A stretch of DNA of 64,000 nucleotides from Eledone cirrhosa (Eukaryota), in NCBI GenBank assembly GCA_964016885.1, contig OZ024740.1, positions 42,532,001-42,596,000 on the forward strand, given 5' to 3'. The notes under the pieces are model-generated. The model saw only the letters and a program-made list of their open reading frames with translations. It was not told where the DNA came from and did no database searches. Position 1 is the first letter of the stretch. Every line of letters starts with the position of its first letter. Of this stretch, positions 53,025 through 64,000 are shown piece by piece. The position numbers and the translations under genes are program-made.

Positions 53025-56000
53025 AGTTGCATTTATCTTACTTTATGTTCATACGAGTTATCACCAAGTCACAACCAGTGACCTCAAGAGACAACAAGGT
53101 CCGCCATGTTCAAGAAAGAACATACATACTCACACATGCATCATTAGTGTTTAGACTTGTGATGTACTTATATTGACATAATCTTCCTTAGTATATGGGC
53201 AGTTCCTATTAGTACTATCTTTTGTATTTCTCCTATACGCGGGTTTCTTGGGATTTGCGATAAGTAGTCATTAGACCCCTTAGGTATCATTCCCAGAGCG
53301 CCTACAACCACTGGTATTGTTTTAGTTCTCAATTTCCACATTTTTCCAATTTCTATCTCCAGGTCCTTATACTTGCTCAATTTTTCAAATGTTTTTATAG
53401 ATACATTCTTGTCTATTGGAACAGACATATCAATTAGCAGGCATACCCTCTTTTTAAAGTCCTTCAATATTATATCAGGTCTATTTGCATCTATTTTTCG
53501 GTCTGTTTGTATGCTAAAGTTCCACAAGATTGAGATGTGATCTTTTTCAAGTATGGGAGGTGGTTGATGCTCCCACCAATTCTTTTGATGGGGCAGGTCA
53601 AAATGCTTACACATTATCCAATGTATGTATTGTGCAGCTCTGTCATGCCTGTTTAGGTATTCGGTTGGAGCTATAGGACTGCACATTGAAATTATATGGT
53701 CAATGGTCTCTGGTTGTTTTTTGCATACACGGCATAATGGGCTGCATCCATTTTATATTATGTTGGCTTGGTAATTTTTTGTTGTCAGACACTGATCTTG
53801 TGCTGATATAATCAGTCCTTCAGTCTCCGATTTCAGTCCAGAGGATGCCAACCACTGATGGGTTAAAGTTTTGTCAACATCAGGATTGTTAGCTCGTTCT
53901 GGGTATTTTCCATACAGAGGCTTTTCTTGCCATTTCTTAGCCAGTTTCTGTAGCAGTTCTTTCTTTGCAGTTACTTTTACCTGCTTTGCTTTTTCTGTGT
54001 TTTCCATTTCAGCAGTAAATGGGACTTCTGAAATTTGTAGTCCATTACTGTATCTTTGTGCATCTTTTGTAATGGAATATGATCTTTTGATGCTTTCGTG
54101 TTTCAAAACGAGTTTGATCATCCAATCATGTGATTCCCTTAGATATGTAGATAATCCAATTGTTGCAGTTTTCAACGCAATGTCTAACTGGATTAACCCC
54201 CGTCCTCCTTCTTTCCTAGGGAGATATATTCTATCTATATCTGCCTTAGGGTGATGCATTCTGTGCATGGTTAAGAATTTTCGAATTTTTGTATCGAGCC
54301 TACGGATTTCTGTGCTTGACCAGTTGATGACATTGTAACTGTAGGTTACTACTGGTATGGCAAGCGTGTTTATGTCATCGATCCTATTCCTTGCATTCAA
54401 TTCCGTTCTTAAGATTGCTCTTACTCTGCGGTAACAGATTCCGTCTCCTTCACAAACACCTAGATATTTGTAAGTTTGTTCTTGATCAAGTTCTCTTATC
54501 ACGTTCCCCCGATCAAGATTAATGCCTGAACTTTTCAGCAGCTTTCCTCTGGTGAACGTTGCTTTGGCGCATTTATCTAGTCCAAACTCTATTTTAATGT
54601 CATCACTGAACTGCTCCACAGTGGATAATAGCCCTTGCAATTGTTCATCATTTTTTGCAAATAGTTTCAGGTCATCCATGTAGAACAAGTGATTAATGGT
54701 TTTGTCATAGACTTTATATCCATGTTTTGTTTCATTGAGCATTTTACTTAATGGTATAAGTGCGATGGAGAATAAAAGCGGTGATAAAGAGTCACCCTGA
54801 AAAATTCCACAATTAATATTAACTTCTCCAGCTTCCAGTGATTTTGTTTCACTATTCAAAAGGAGTGTCGTTTTCCATGACTTCATACTGAATGACAAAA
54901 ACCTCCTGACAACGGGGGATATTTTGAAAATCTCTAAATATTTTTCAATCCAACTGTGTGGCAAACTATCGAATGCTTTTTTATAATCTATCCAAGCAAT
55001 CGATAGATTTTTGTGTCTATTATGACAATCTTCCAGTATCATTTTGTTAACCAGAAGCTGATCCTTACAGCCATATGAGCCTCGTTTACACCCTTTCTGC
55101 TCAATGGGAAATAGGTCATTTGTTATCAGGTGGTCATATGTGTATTCAGTTAGGACTGATGTTAAAATTTTATACATTGTGGTCAAGCAAGTTATCGGTG
55201 TGTAATTTTTGGGATTGTTTGTCTCATCATTCTTCGGAAGCAGGAATGTAATGCCGTTAACTAGCCATGCTGGTATCTTTTCTGGCTCCTTAACTATTTC
55301 ATTGTAAAGTTGGGCTAACAGCTCATGAGACTCTGTGAAGGCATTTATCTAAAAGTTTTGTATTTTGTCTTTTCCTGGGGATTTCCATTTGCTGGTTTTT
55401 CTTAGAGCCAAGCGCAATTGTTCAACTGTTATATTTTCCCATATTTGTTCTTCAAGGTGAGCTGTATCTTTCATTTGTCTGTCTATCCATGGGGCATGTA
55501 TGTTATGAACTTTTTCTTCGGCCCAGATCTTTTCCCAGAATTCTTGCACTTCCTCCTTGGGTGGTATTGATTTAGAAGTTATTGTTGACTTACCAATTTT
55601 TCTGTAGAAGTTTCTTTGGTTGTTTTTGAACATATTATTGTCCTTATAGAATCTAGATCGTTTTTCAAAGCGCCTTATACGAGCAGCTTTGGCCGAGACT
55701 TTTTGCTTGATTATTTCTATCAGCATGTCTATGTCACTTGTTGATTTTATACTGTACTTTCTTTTCAATTTTCTAAGTTTAGTTTGTTTAACATGTTCAC
55801 CTACTTTATAGTTTGTTAAAATTTCTGTCAGATCGGAGAAGGTTTATTTGGCGATTGATGTTCTCTTGCCAAGTAGATTTCTTGTGGGAATTCCTTTGTT
55901 TTTTCATCTTCACTCCACATAAGTGAGTGGTGACTTTAGCCGATGCATAATAGAGATGATTTAAATCAGTAATGTTTAGTTTGTTTGTGATGATAATGTT

Positions 56001-56940
56001 TTTGAGAATCATGTTAGTCTTGTGTATTATCTTTTGGTTCTGTTTGGAGTTCTGGATCTTGGGGAGGGTGTCTTGTTGCCCCATGTCAGATCTTTCATTT
56101 TCATCCATTCGATCATAATTTCATCCTTCAAGTTGGCAAGTTCATTCTCATTCATTTCTTTATCATTTACGATCTCATTATTTTCATTTTGGAGTTTGAT
56201 CCTGAGCATGCACTCCGTCCACTTTTACGATCCTTTCTTTAATTTGTTCTGTTGCCAGTGATTCCGCCCCAACCCTGGGATTCGAAGTGTTACAATTTAC
56301 CTCGTTTTCACTGACACATGTTTCATTTTCCCTTCGCTGACTTTGTGCTAATAGCTTGATCTGATCAATTTATATATCAGTTAGTAACTTTTTTTTTACA
56401 ATATTTTTTCTTATATTGGCAAGTTTGTTACTGTCAATATAGCCTCTGTTTTCGGGATGTTTCTTTTTCCAGTTGATATATGTCTGTTCTGTATTCGATG
56501 TATTTAATGGGTAGTACATGGCAGTGTAGAAAGCCTCAAGGGCTTCTTTATTATCTTCCCCTGACCATTTTTCTCTCTTTTTCTTTGGATTTCTTGGTGG
56601 TGAGTATGGAGGGCCAATAGTAGGAATATTCCGGTTATGGGAGGTCTCCAGCTCCGAAGTGATGGGAAGGTTTAAACCATTAGCTAATTTTTCGACCCCA
56701 GTCTGGTTCCTCTCTGAGGGACGCGGCCCTTTTTTACCCGGGCGACGGCCGATCCGGTATGAGATTTTATCATTAGACATTTACTTTATTTTGTCGCGTT
56801 TTATCCTTATCCGCCAAGGGGTAAACATTTCGTGTTACCACTTCTAGAACGAGTGTCAACCAAGACTAGAGGGGTCGTTCTCCCCTAGAGACACGGCTAT
56901 TCCCCGCCGGCCGCCATCCCAGTATTTCTTGGTCACGGGG
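53023..56940 (-). mobile_element. R4/Dong-clade element, family B, copy 1 (full length, pseudogenised)
   Basis: Broken ORFs across 53168-56780 with WIDYKKAFD, QGDSLSP, FYMDD, RHD, RPDII; 3' end at (TAA)n. Confidence 0.92.
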
Positions 56941-57821
56941 TTTTCTTTTTTGTTGTTTTTTTAAATTGTTATTATCATGAGTGGTTCCTTAATGTGAGCA
57001 TTGCGTGGCTTAAGAATGAAATTATTAATAATTGTCTCCACTCCAGGCACAAGGCCAGCAATCACCCAGTGCATTACAATAATATAATATACTTTTGGCT
57101 GAAGTTGCCTGTTATTGTTGTTGGCTATGTCGGTGGTGGTGCTGGGGCTTTTTATATTGTTGGTGAGGAAGGGGTGAGCCAGCAGTGCCATAGTTGTTGA
57201 CGTTTGGCCGGTGGCCGGGTCACTAAGTCAATCTATTAATATCTTTTGCTAGCCTCTCCCTTGTCTAGTGATACCCCCACCTTCCCCTTTCATAAGTTAA
57301 CAGGGAAATAGTGGTGGTAGCAATGAAGGGGTGGTGGCACCGGTGATGGGATAGTGGTAGCAATGATGGATGGAGTGGTGGCGGCGGTGGCGTTGTCGTT
57401 ACTGAGTTTTGTTGAATGGACTAGTTTTGTTTGATATGTAGTATCTATGCGTTTGTGTCGCGTATGTTTAATATATGTGTTGAATAGACTAGTTTTGTTT
57501 GATCTGTAGTATCTATGCGTTTGTGTCGCGTATGTTTAATCTATATGTTAACATATTTGAATTAAACATTTTGTTAAAACTCGAGACAATAATAATAGTA
57601 ATTATTATAATGATGCTGGGATTGGTGGTGGTGGTGGTGAAATTGCCGTTATCTGTCTGTTATATTTAGTGTACACAGCGGGGTGATGGGGTAGGTGGTG
57701 TATCAGGTTTCTGGTGTTGGTGAAATTGCTGTTATTTGTCTGTTCTATATAGTGTAGACACAGGGGGTTTTCTTCCATTTATAACCATTTTCTTTTTTGA
57801 ATATAAAATATATGATACAAA

Positions 57822-57857
<36 letters not shown>

Positions 57858-57859
<2 letters not shown>

Positions 57860-60800
57860 AGTTGCATTTATCTTGCTTTATGTTCATACGAGTTATCACC
57901 AAGTCACAACCAGTGACCTCAAGAGACAACAAGGTCCGCCATGTTCAAGAAAGAACATACATACTCACACATGCATCTTTAGTGTTTAGACTTGTGATGT
58001 ACTTATATTGACATAATCTTCCTTAGTATATGGGCAGTTACTATTAGTACTATCTTTTGTATTTCTCCTATACGCGGGTTTCCTGGGATTTGCGATAAGT
58101 AGTCATTAGACCCCTTAGGTATCATTCCCAGAGCGCCTACAACCACTGGTATTGTTTTAGTTCTCAATTTCCACATTTTTCCAATTTCTATCTCCAGGTC
58201 CTTATACTTGCTCAATTTTTCAAATGTTTTTATAGATACATTCTTGTCTATTGGAACAGACATATCAATTAGCAGGCATACCCTCTTTTTAAAGTCCTTC
58301 AATATTATATCAGGTCTATTTGCATCTATTTTTCGGTCTGTTTGGATGCTAAAGTTTCACAAGATTGAGATGTGATCTTTTTCAAGTATGGGAGGTGGTT
58401 GATGCTCCCACCAATTCTTTTGATGGGGCAGGTCAAAATGCTTACACATTATCCAATGTATGTATTGTGCAGCTCTGTCATGCCTGTTTAGGTATTCGGT
58501 TGGAGCTATAGGACTGCACATTGAAATTATATGGTCAATGGTCTCTAGTTGTTTTTTGCATACACGGCATAAAGGGCTGCATCCATTTTATATTATGTTG
58601 GCTTGGTAATTTTTTGTTGTCAGACACTGATCTTGTGCTGATATAATCAGTCCTTCAGTCTCCGATTTCAGTCCAGAGGATGCCAACCACTGATGGGTTA
58701 AAGTTTTGTCAACATCAGGATTGTTAGCTCGTTCTGGGTATTTTCCATACAGAGGCTTTTCTTGCCATTTCTTAGCCAGTTTCTGTAGCAGTTCTTTCTT
58801 TGCAGTTACTTTTACCTGCTTTGCTTTTTCTGTGTTTTCCATTTCAGCAGTAAATGGGACTTCTGAAATGTGTAGTCCATTACTGTATCTTTGTGCATCT
58901 TTTGTAATGGAATATGATCTTTTGATGCTTTCGTGTTTCAAAACGAGTTTGATCATCCAATCATGTGATTCCCTTAGATATGTAGATAATCCAATTGTTG
59001 CAGTTTTCAACGCAATGTCTAACTGGATTAACCCCCGTCCTCCTTCTTTCCTAGGGAGATATATTCTATCTATATCTTGCCTTAGGGTGAAGCATTCTGT
59101 GCATGGTTAAGAATTTTCAAATTTTTGTATCGAGCCTACGGATTTCTGTGCTTGACCAGTTGATGACATTGTAACTGTAGGTTACTACTGGTATGGCAAG
59201 CGTGTTTATGGCATCGATCCTATTCCTTGCATTCAATTCCGTTCTTAAGATTGCTCTTACTCTGCGGTAACATTCCTTCCTTATCCTTTCCCTCATTGTC
59301 GAGTGCTTGATTCCGTCTCCTTCACAAACACCTAGATATTTGTAAGTTTTTTCTTGATCAAGTTCTCTTATCACGTTCCCCCGATCAAGATTAATGCCTG
59401 AACTTTTCAGCAGCTTTCCTCTGGTGAACGTTGCTTTGGCGCATTTATCTAGTCCAAACTCTATTTTAATGTCATCACTAAACTGCTCCACAGTGGATAA
59501 TAGCCCTTGCAATTGTTCATCATTTTTTGCAAATAGTTTCAGGTCATCCATGTAGAACAAGTGATTAATGGTTTTGTCATAGACTTTATATCCATGTTTT
59601 GTTTCATTGAGCATTTTACTTAATGGTATAAGTGCGATGGAGAATAAAAGCGGTGATAAAGAGTCACCCTGAAAAATTCCACAATTAATATTAACTTCTC
59701 CAGCTTCCAGTGATTTTGTTTCACTATTCAAAAGGAGTGTCGTTTTCCATGACTTCATACTGAATGACAAAAACCTCCTGACAACGGGGGATATTTTGAA
59801 AATCTCTAAATATTTTTCAATCCAACTGTGTGGCAAACTATCGAATGCTTTTTTATAATCTATCCAAGCAATCGATAGATTTTTGTGTCTATTATGACAA
59901 TCTTCCAGTATCATTTTGTTAACCAGAAGCTGATCCTTACAGCCATATGAGCCTCGTTTACACCCTTTCTGCTCAATGGGAAATAGGTCATTTGTTATCA
60001 GGTGGTCATATGTGTATTCAGTTAGGACTGATGTTAAAATTTTATACATTGTGGTCAAGCAAGTTATCGGTGTATAATTTTTGGGATTGTTTGTCTCATC
60101 ATTCTTCGGAAGCAGGAATGTAATGCCGTTAACTAGCCATGCTGGTATCTTTTCTGGCTCCTTAACTATTTCATTGTAAAGTTGGGCTAACAGCTCATGA
60201 GACTCTGTGAAGGCATTTATCCAAAAGTTTTGTATTTTGTCTTTTCCTGGGGATTTCCATTTGCTGGTTTTTCTTAGAGCCAAGCGCAATTGTTCAACTG
60301 TTATATTTTCCCATATTTGTTCTTCAAGGTGAGCTGTATCTTTCATTTGTCTGTCTATCCATGGGGCATGCATGTTATGAACTTTTTCTCAGATCTTTTC
60401 CCAGAATTCTTGCACTTCCTCCTTGGGTGGTATTGATTTAGAAGTTATTGTTGACTTACCAATTTTTCTGTAGAAGTTTCTTTGGTTGTTTTTGAACATA
60501 TTATTGTCCTTATAGAATCTAGATCGTTTTACAAAGCGCCTTATACGAGCAGCTTTGGCTGAGACTTTTTGCTTGATTATTTCTATCAACATGTCTATGT
60601 CACTTGTTGATTTTATACTGTACTTTTTTTTCTATTTTCTAAGTTTAGTTTGTTTAACATGTTCACCTACTTTATAGTTTGTTAAAATTTCTATGTCAGA
60701 TCGGAGAAGGTTTATTTGGCGATTGATGTTCTCTTGCCAAGTAGATTTCTTGTGGGAATTCCTTTGTTTTTCCATCTTCACTCCACATAAGTGAGTGGTG

Positions 60801-61806
60801 ACTTTAGCCGATGCATAATAGAGATGATTTAAATCAGTAATGTTTAGTTTGTTTGTGATGATAATGTTTTTGAGAATTATGTTAGTCTTGTGTATTATCT
60901 TTTGGTTCTGTTTGGATTTCTGGATCTTAGGGAGGATGTCTCGCTGCCCCATGTCAGATTCTTTTATTTTCATCCATTCGATCATAATTTCATCCTTCAA
61001 GTTGGCAAGTTCATTCTCATTCATTTCTTTATCATTTACGATCTCACTATTTTCATTTGGAGTTTCATCTTGAGCATGCACTCCCTCCACTATTTCGATC
61101 CTTTCTTTAATTTGTTCTGTCGCCAGTGATTCCGCCACAACCCTGGGATTCGAAGTGTTACAATTTACCTCATTTTCACTGACACATGTTTCATTTTCCT
61201 TTCGCTGACTTTGTGCTAATAGCTTGATCTGATCAATTTCTATATCAATTAGTAACTTTTTTATTACAATATTTCTTCGTATATTGGCTAGTTTGTTACT
61301 GTCAATATAGCCTCTGTTTTCGGGATATTTTTTTTCCACTTGATATATATCTGTTCTGTATTCGATGTATTTGATGGGTAGTACATGGCAGTGTAGAAAG
61401 CCTCAAGGACTTCTTTATTATCTTCCCTTGACCATTTTTCTCTCTTTTTCTTTGGATTTCTTGGTGGTGAGTATGGAGGGCCAACAGTAGGAGTATTCCG
61501 GTTATGGGAGGTCTCCAGCTCCGAAGTGATGGGAAGGTTTGAACCATTAGCTGATTTTTCGACCCCAGTCTAGTTCCTCTCTGAGGGACGCGACCCTTTT
61601 TTAGCCGGGTGACGGCCGATCCGGTATGAGATTTTATCATTAGACATTTACTTTATTTTGTCGCGTTTTATCCTTATCCTCCAAGGGGTAATCATTTCGT
61701 GTTACCACTTCTTGAACGAGTGTCAACCAAGACTAGAGGGGTCGTTCTCCCCTAGAGACACGGCTATTCCCCGCCGGCCGCCATCCCGGTATTTCTTGGT
61801 CACGGG
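57858..61806 (-). mobile_element. R4/Dong-clade element, family B, copy 2 (pseudogenised)
   Basis: Near-identical to 53023-56940; the flank 61828-62620 matches 56960-57822. Confidence 0.92.
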
Positions 61807-62825
61807 TTTATTTTTCGTTGTTTTTTTTTAAATTGTTATCATGAGTGGTTCCTTAATGTGAGCATTGCGTGGCTTAAGAATGAAATTATTAATAATTGTC
61901 TCCACTCCAGGCACAAGGCCAGCAATCACCCAGTGCATTACAATAATATAATATACTTTTTGCTGAAGTTGCCTGTTATTGTTGTTGGCTATGTCGGTAG
62001 TGGTGATGGGGCTTTTTATATTGTTGGTGAGGAAGGGGTGAGCCAGCATTTCCATAGTTGTTGATGTTGACGTTTGGCCAGTGGCCAGGTCACTAAGTCA
62101 ATCTATTTATATCTTTTGCTAGCCTCTCCCTTGTCTAGTGATACCGCCACCTTCCCCTTTCTCTCTCAAGTTAACAGGGGAATAGTGGTGGTAGCAACGA
62201 AGGAGTGGTGGCGGCGGTGAGGGGATAGTGGTAGCAATGATGGATGGAGTGGTGGCGGCGGTGGCGTTGTCGTTACTGAGTTTTGTGATATGTAGTATCT
62301 GTAAGTTTGTGTCGCGTATATTTAATATATATTGTGTTGACATATTCCCGTAAAATTGGAATTAAACATTTTGTTAAAACTTGAGACAATAATAATAGTA
62401 ATTATTATTATGATGCTGGGATTGGTGGTGGTGGTGGTGAAATTGCCGTTATCTGACTGTTATATTTAGTGTACACAGCGGGGTGATGGGGTAGGTGGTG
62501 TATCAAGTTTCTGGTGTTGGTGAAATTGCTGTTATTTGGCTGTTCTATATAGTGTAGACAGACGGTGTTTGCTTCCATGTATAACCATTTTCTTTTTTGA
62601 ATACAAAATATATAATACAAAATTGAATATTTGAGCGATATGAAAATATAATATGGATCCAAAATTTTATGGGACTTGATTCGGTGGTTTATGCAACATT
62701 TGTACTAAGAATTGTTATTTGACAATTGATTTAAATATGTTAAAGATCAAAAACTTACGGGAACAATTTCATGACCTTCTACCACCTCGTGCGTCTTCTT
62801 CCCTTTTATTATTATTATTATTATT

Positions 62826-63251
62826 AAGGGCTGAAGACGAGCACTTACCTCTTCGGTGATGCCCTGATTAACTTTTTCAAATTTCATTTGAAAAGGAAAA
62901 TCAGGGTAGAGAGGGAAGTGCTCTCTTCCCAGCATTTTGTTGAAAGATGGGTGAGAGAAGCAAGTATGGCCCGAATGAATGGGCCTTCTCTGAGTATGTG
63001 TCTGTAAATTAAAGGTGGAAAACTGGGAGAGGGCACTTGCCCTGGTGGTCAGGGCCACTGTGGTCTTTTAATGGGCTATCTCCACAAATGTCCCTCGGAA
63101 GTCTCCCCCCTATTGGGGAATTTTTCTTTGTTAATTTTATTTCAACCTCTGTTTTTTGACACGCAAAAATGCCCATTTGTACCGTCCTGTATTGTCCTGT
63201 ACTGTCCTTAATGTCTACTTTATGTAAACCCTTGTGGTTAATAAAGAAAAC
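62826..63251 (+). mobile_element. 3' fragment of a Tx1/L1-like LINE inserted in (ATT)n
   Basis: Open frame ...LINFFKFHLKRKIRVEREVLSSQHFVERW...L*, then a 3' UTR with AATAAA and (ATT)n on both sides. Confidence 0.6.
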
Positions 63252-63281
63252 ATTATTATTATTATTATTATTGTTGTTATT

Positions 63282-64000
63282 ACTTGAATCTCAGTCATTC
63301 ATGTTGGTTAACTGGAAAGTCCGTTGGAATGAATATCAAGCCACTACCTACAGCCTCAGATATTCAGGACGTATCGGAGGGTTCTTGCTGTTCCCAGCAA
63401 GCATGCCTTTTGAAGCGTTCCAAAAAGCGTGAAGGGGCCGATTTTCTTTAACCATCCCTGGAAACTTTTGGAGATAGTCCCCAGTGCGCCTATGACAATC
63501 GGGATCACTTTCACTTCATGGCAGTTCCAAATCCTTTTCACCTCCAACTTTAGGTCCTGGTATCGGTTAATTTTCTCCCTCTCCTTCTCTTGCACTCTCG
63601 TGTCGAAAGGGCAGGCCACATCCACAATCAGACACGATCTTTTTTCCTTGTCCACAACCACCAGGTCAGGTCTATTGTGTTCCAGTTTTTGTCCGTCTGT
63701 ATCCTAAAATCCCACAGCACCTTCACCTGATCATTTTCTATTACCGACTCTGGCTTATGCTCATACCACTTCTCAGAATGTGGTAAATTGTTTACTTTGC
63801 ATAGGTGCCAGTGGATCACCCTGCCCATCACATCATGTTTCCAGCCCTTATAGTGAGTCTGGGCTAGGTGTTTACACTCGGATACAATGTGAGCCACAGT
63901 CTCCTCTCTCTTTCCACAGATCCTGCACAGTGGGCTAGCCTCCTCCTTGTAAATATGGTGTTTCAACCACTTCGTTTTGAGGGCCTGCTTTTGCGCAGCT
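63282..64000 (-). mobile_element. R4/Dong family A 3' portion, frameshifted, runs off the window
   Basis: Near-identical to 48425-49145. Confidence 0.92.

Noticed and set aside
46441-63707. Plus-strand ORFs overlapping the Dong elements
   Set aside because: Antisense shadows of the retrotransposon ORFs.

Overview
Repeat-dominated, AT-rich animal DNA. The SINE family and microsatellite load suggest an octopod cephalopod (inference). No host protein-coding gene can be supported. (1) 1-23 kb is a nest of Penelope-like retroelements (PLEs), mostly Naiad-type (DKT motif, CxCx5Cx5C linker, C-terminal GIY-YIG), plus solo or inverted pseudo-LTRs, all set in (TA)n arrays. These carry a dense set of type I hammerhead ribozymes, read by eye, several with non-canonical cores (U3-A8, U4A, U4C, A6G). 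(2) 23-46 kb holds tRNA-derived SINEs, Helitron pieces, other PLE fragments, a CRE-like LINE tail and a perfect 32-bp hairpin. (3) 46-64 kb is a same-strand array of R4/Dong-clade RLE retrotransposons of two families at (ATT)n tracts. It includes one open 1124-aa ORF, a ~4.8-kb tandem duplication, a recurring unexplained spacer and a Tx1-like tail. All calls come from manual reading; element boundaries are approximate.
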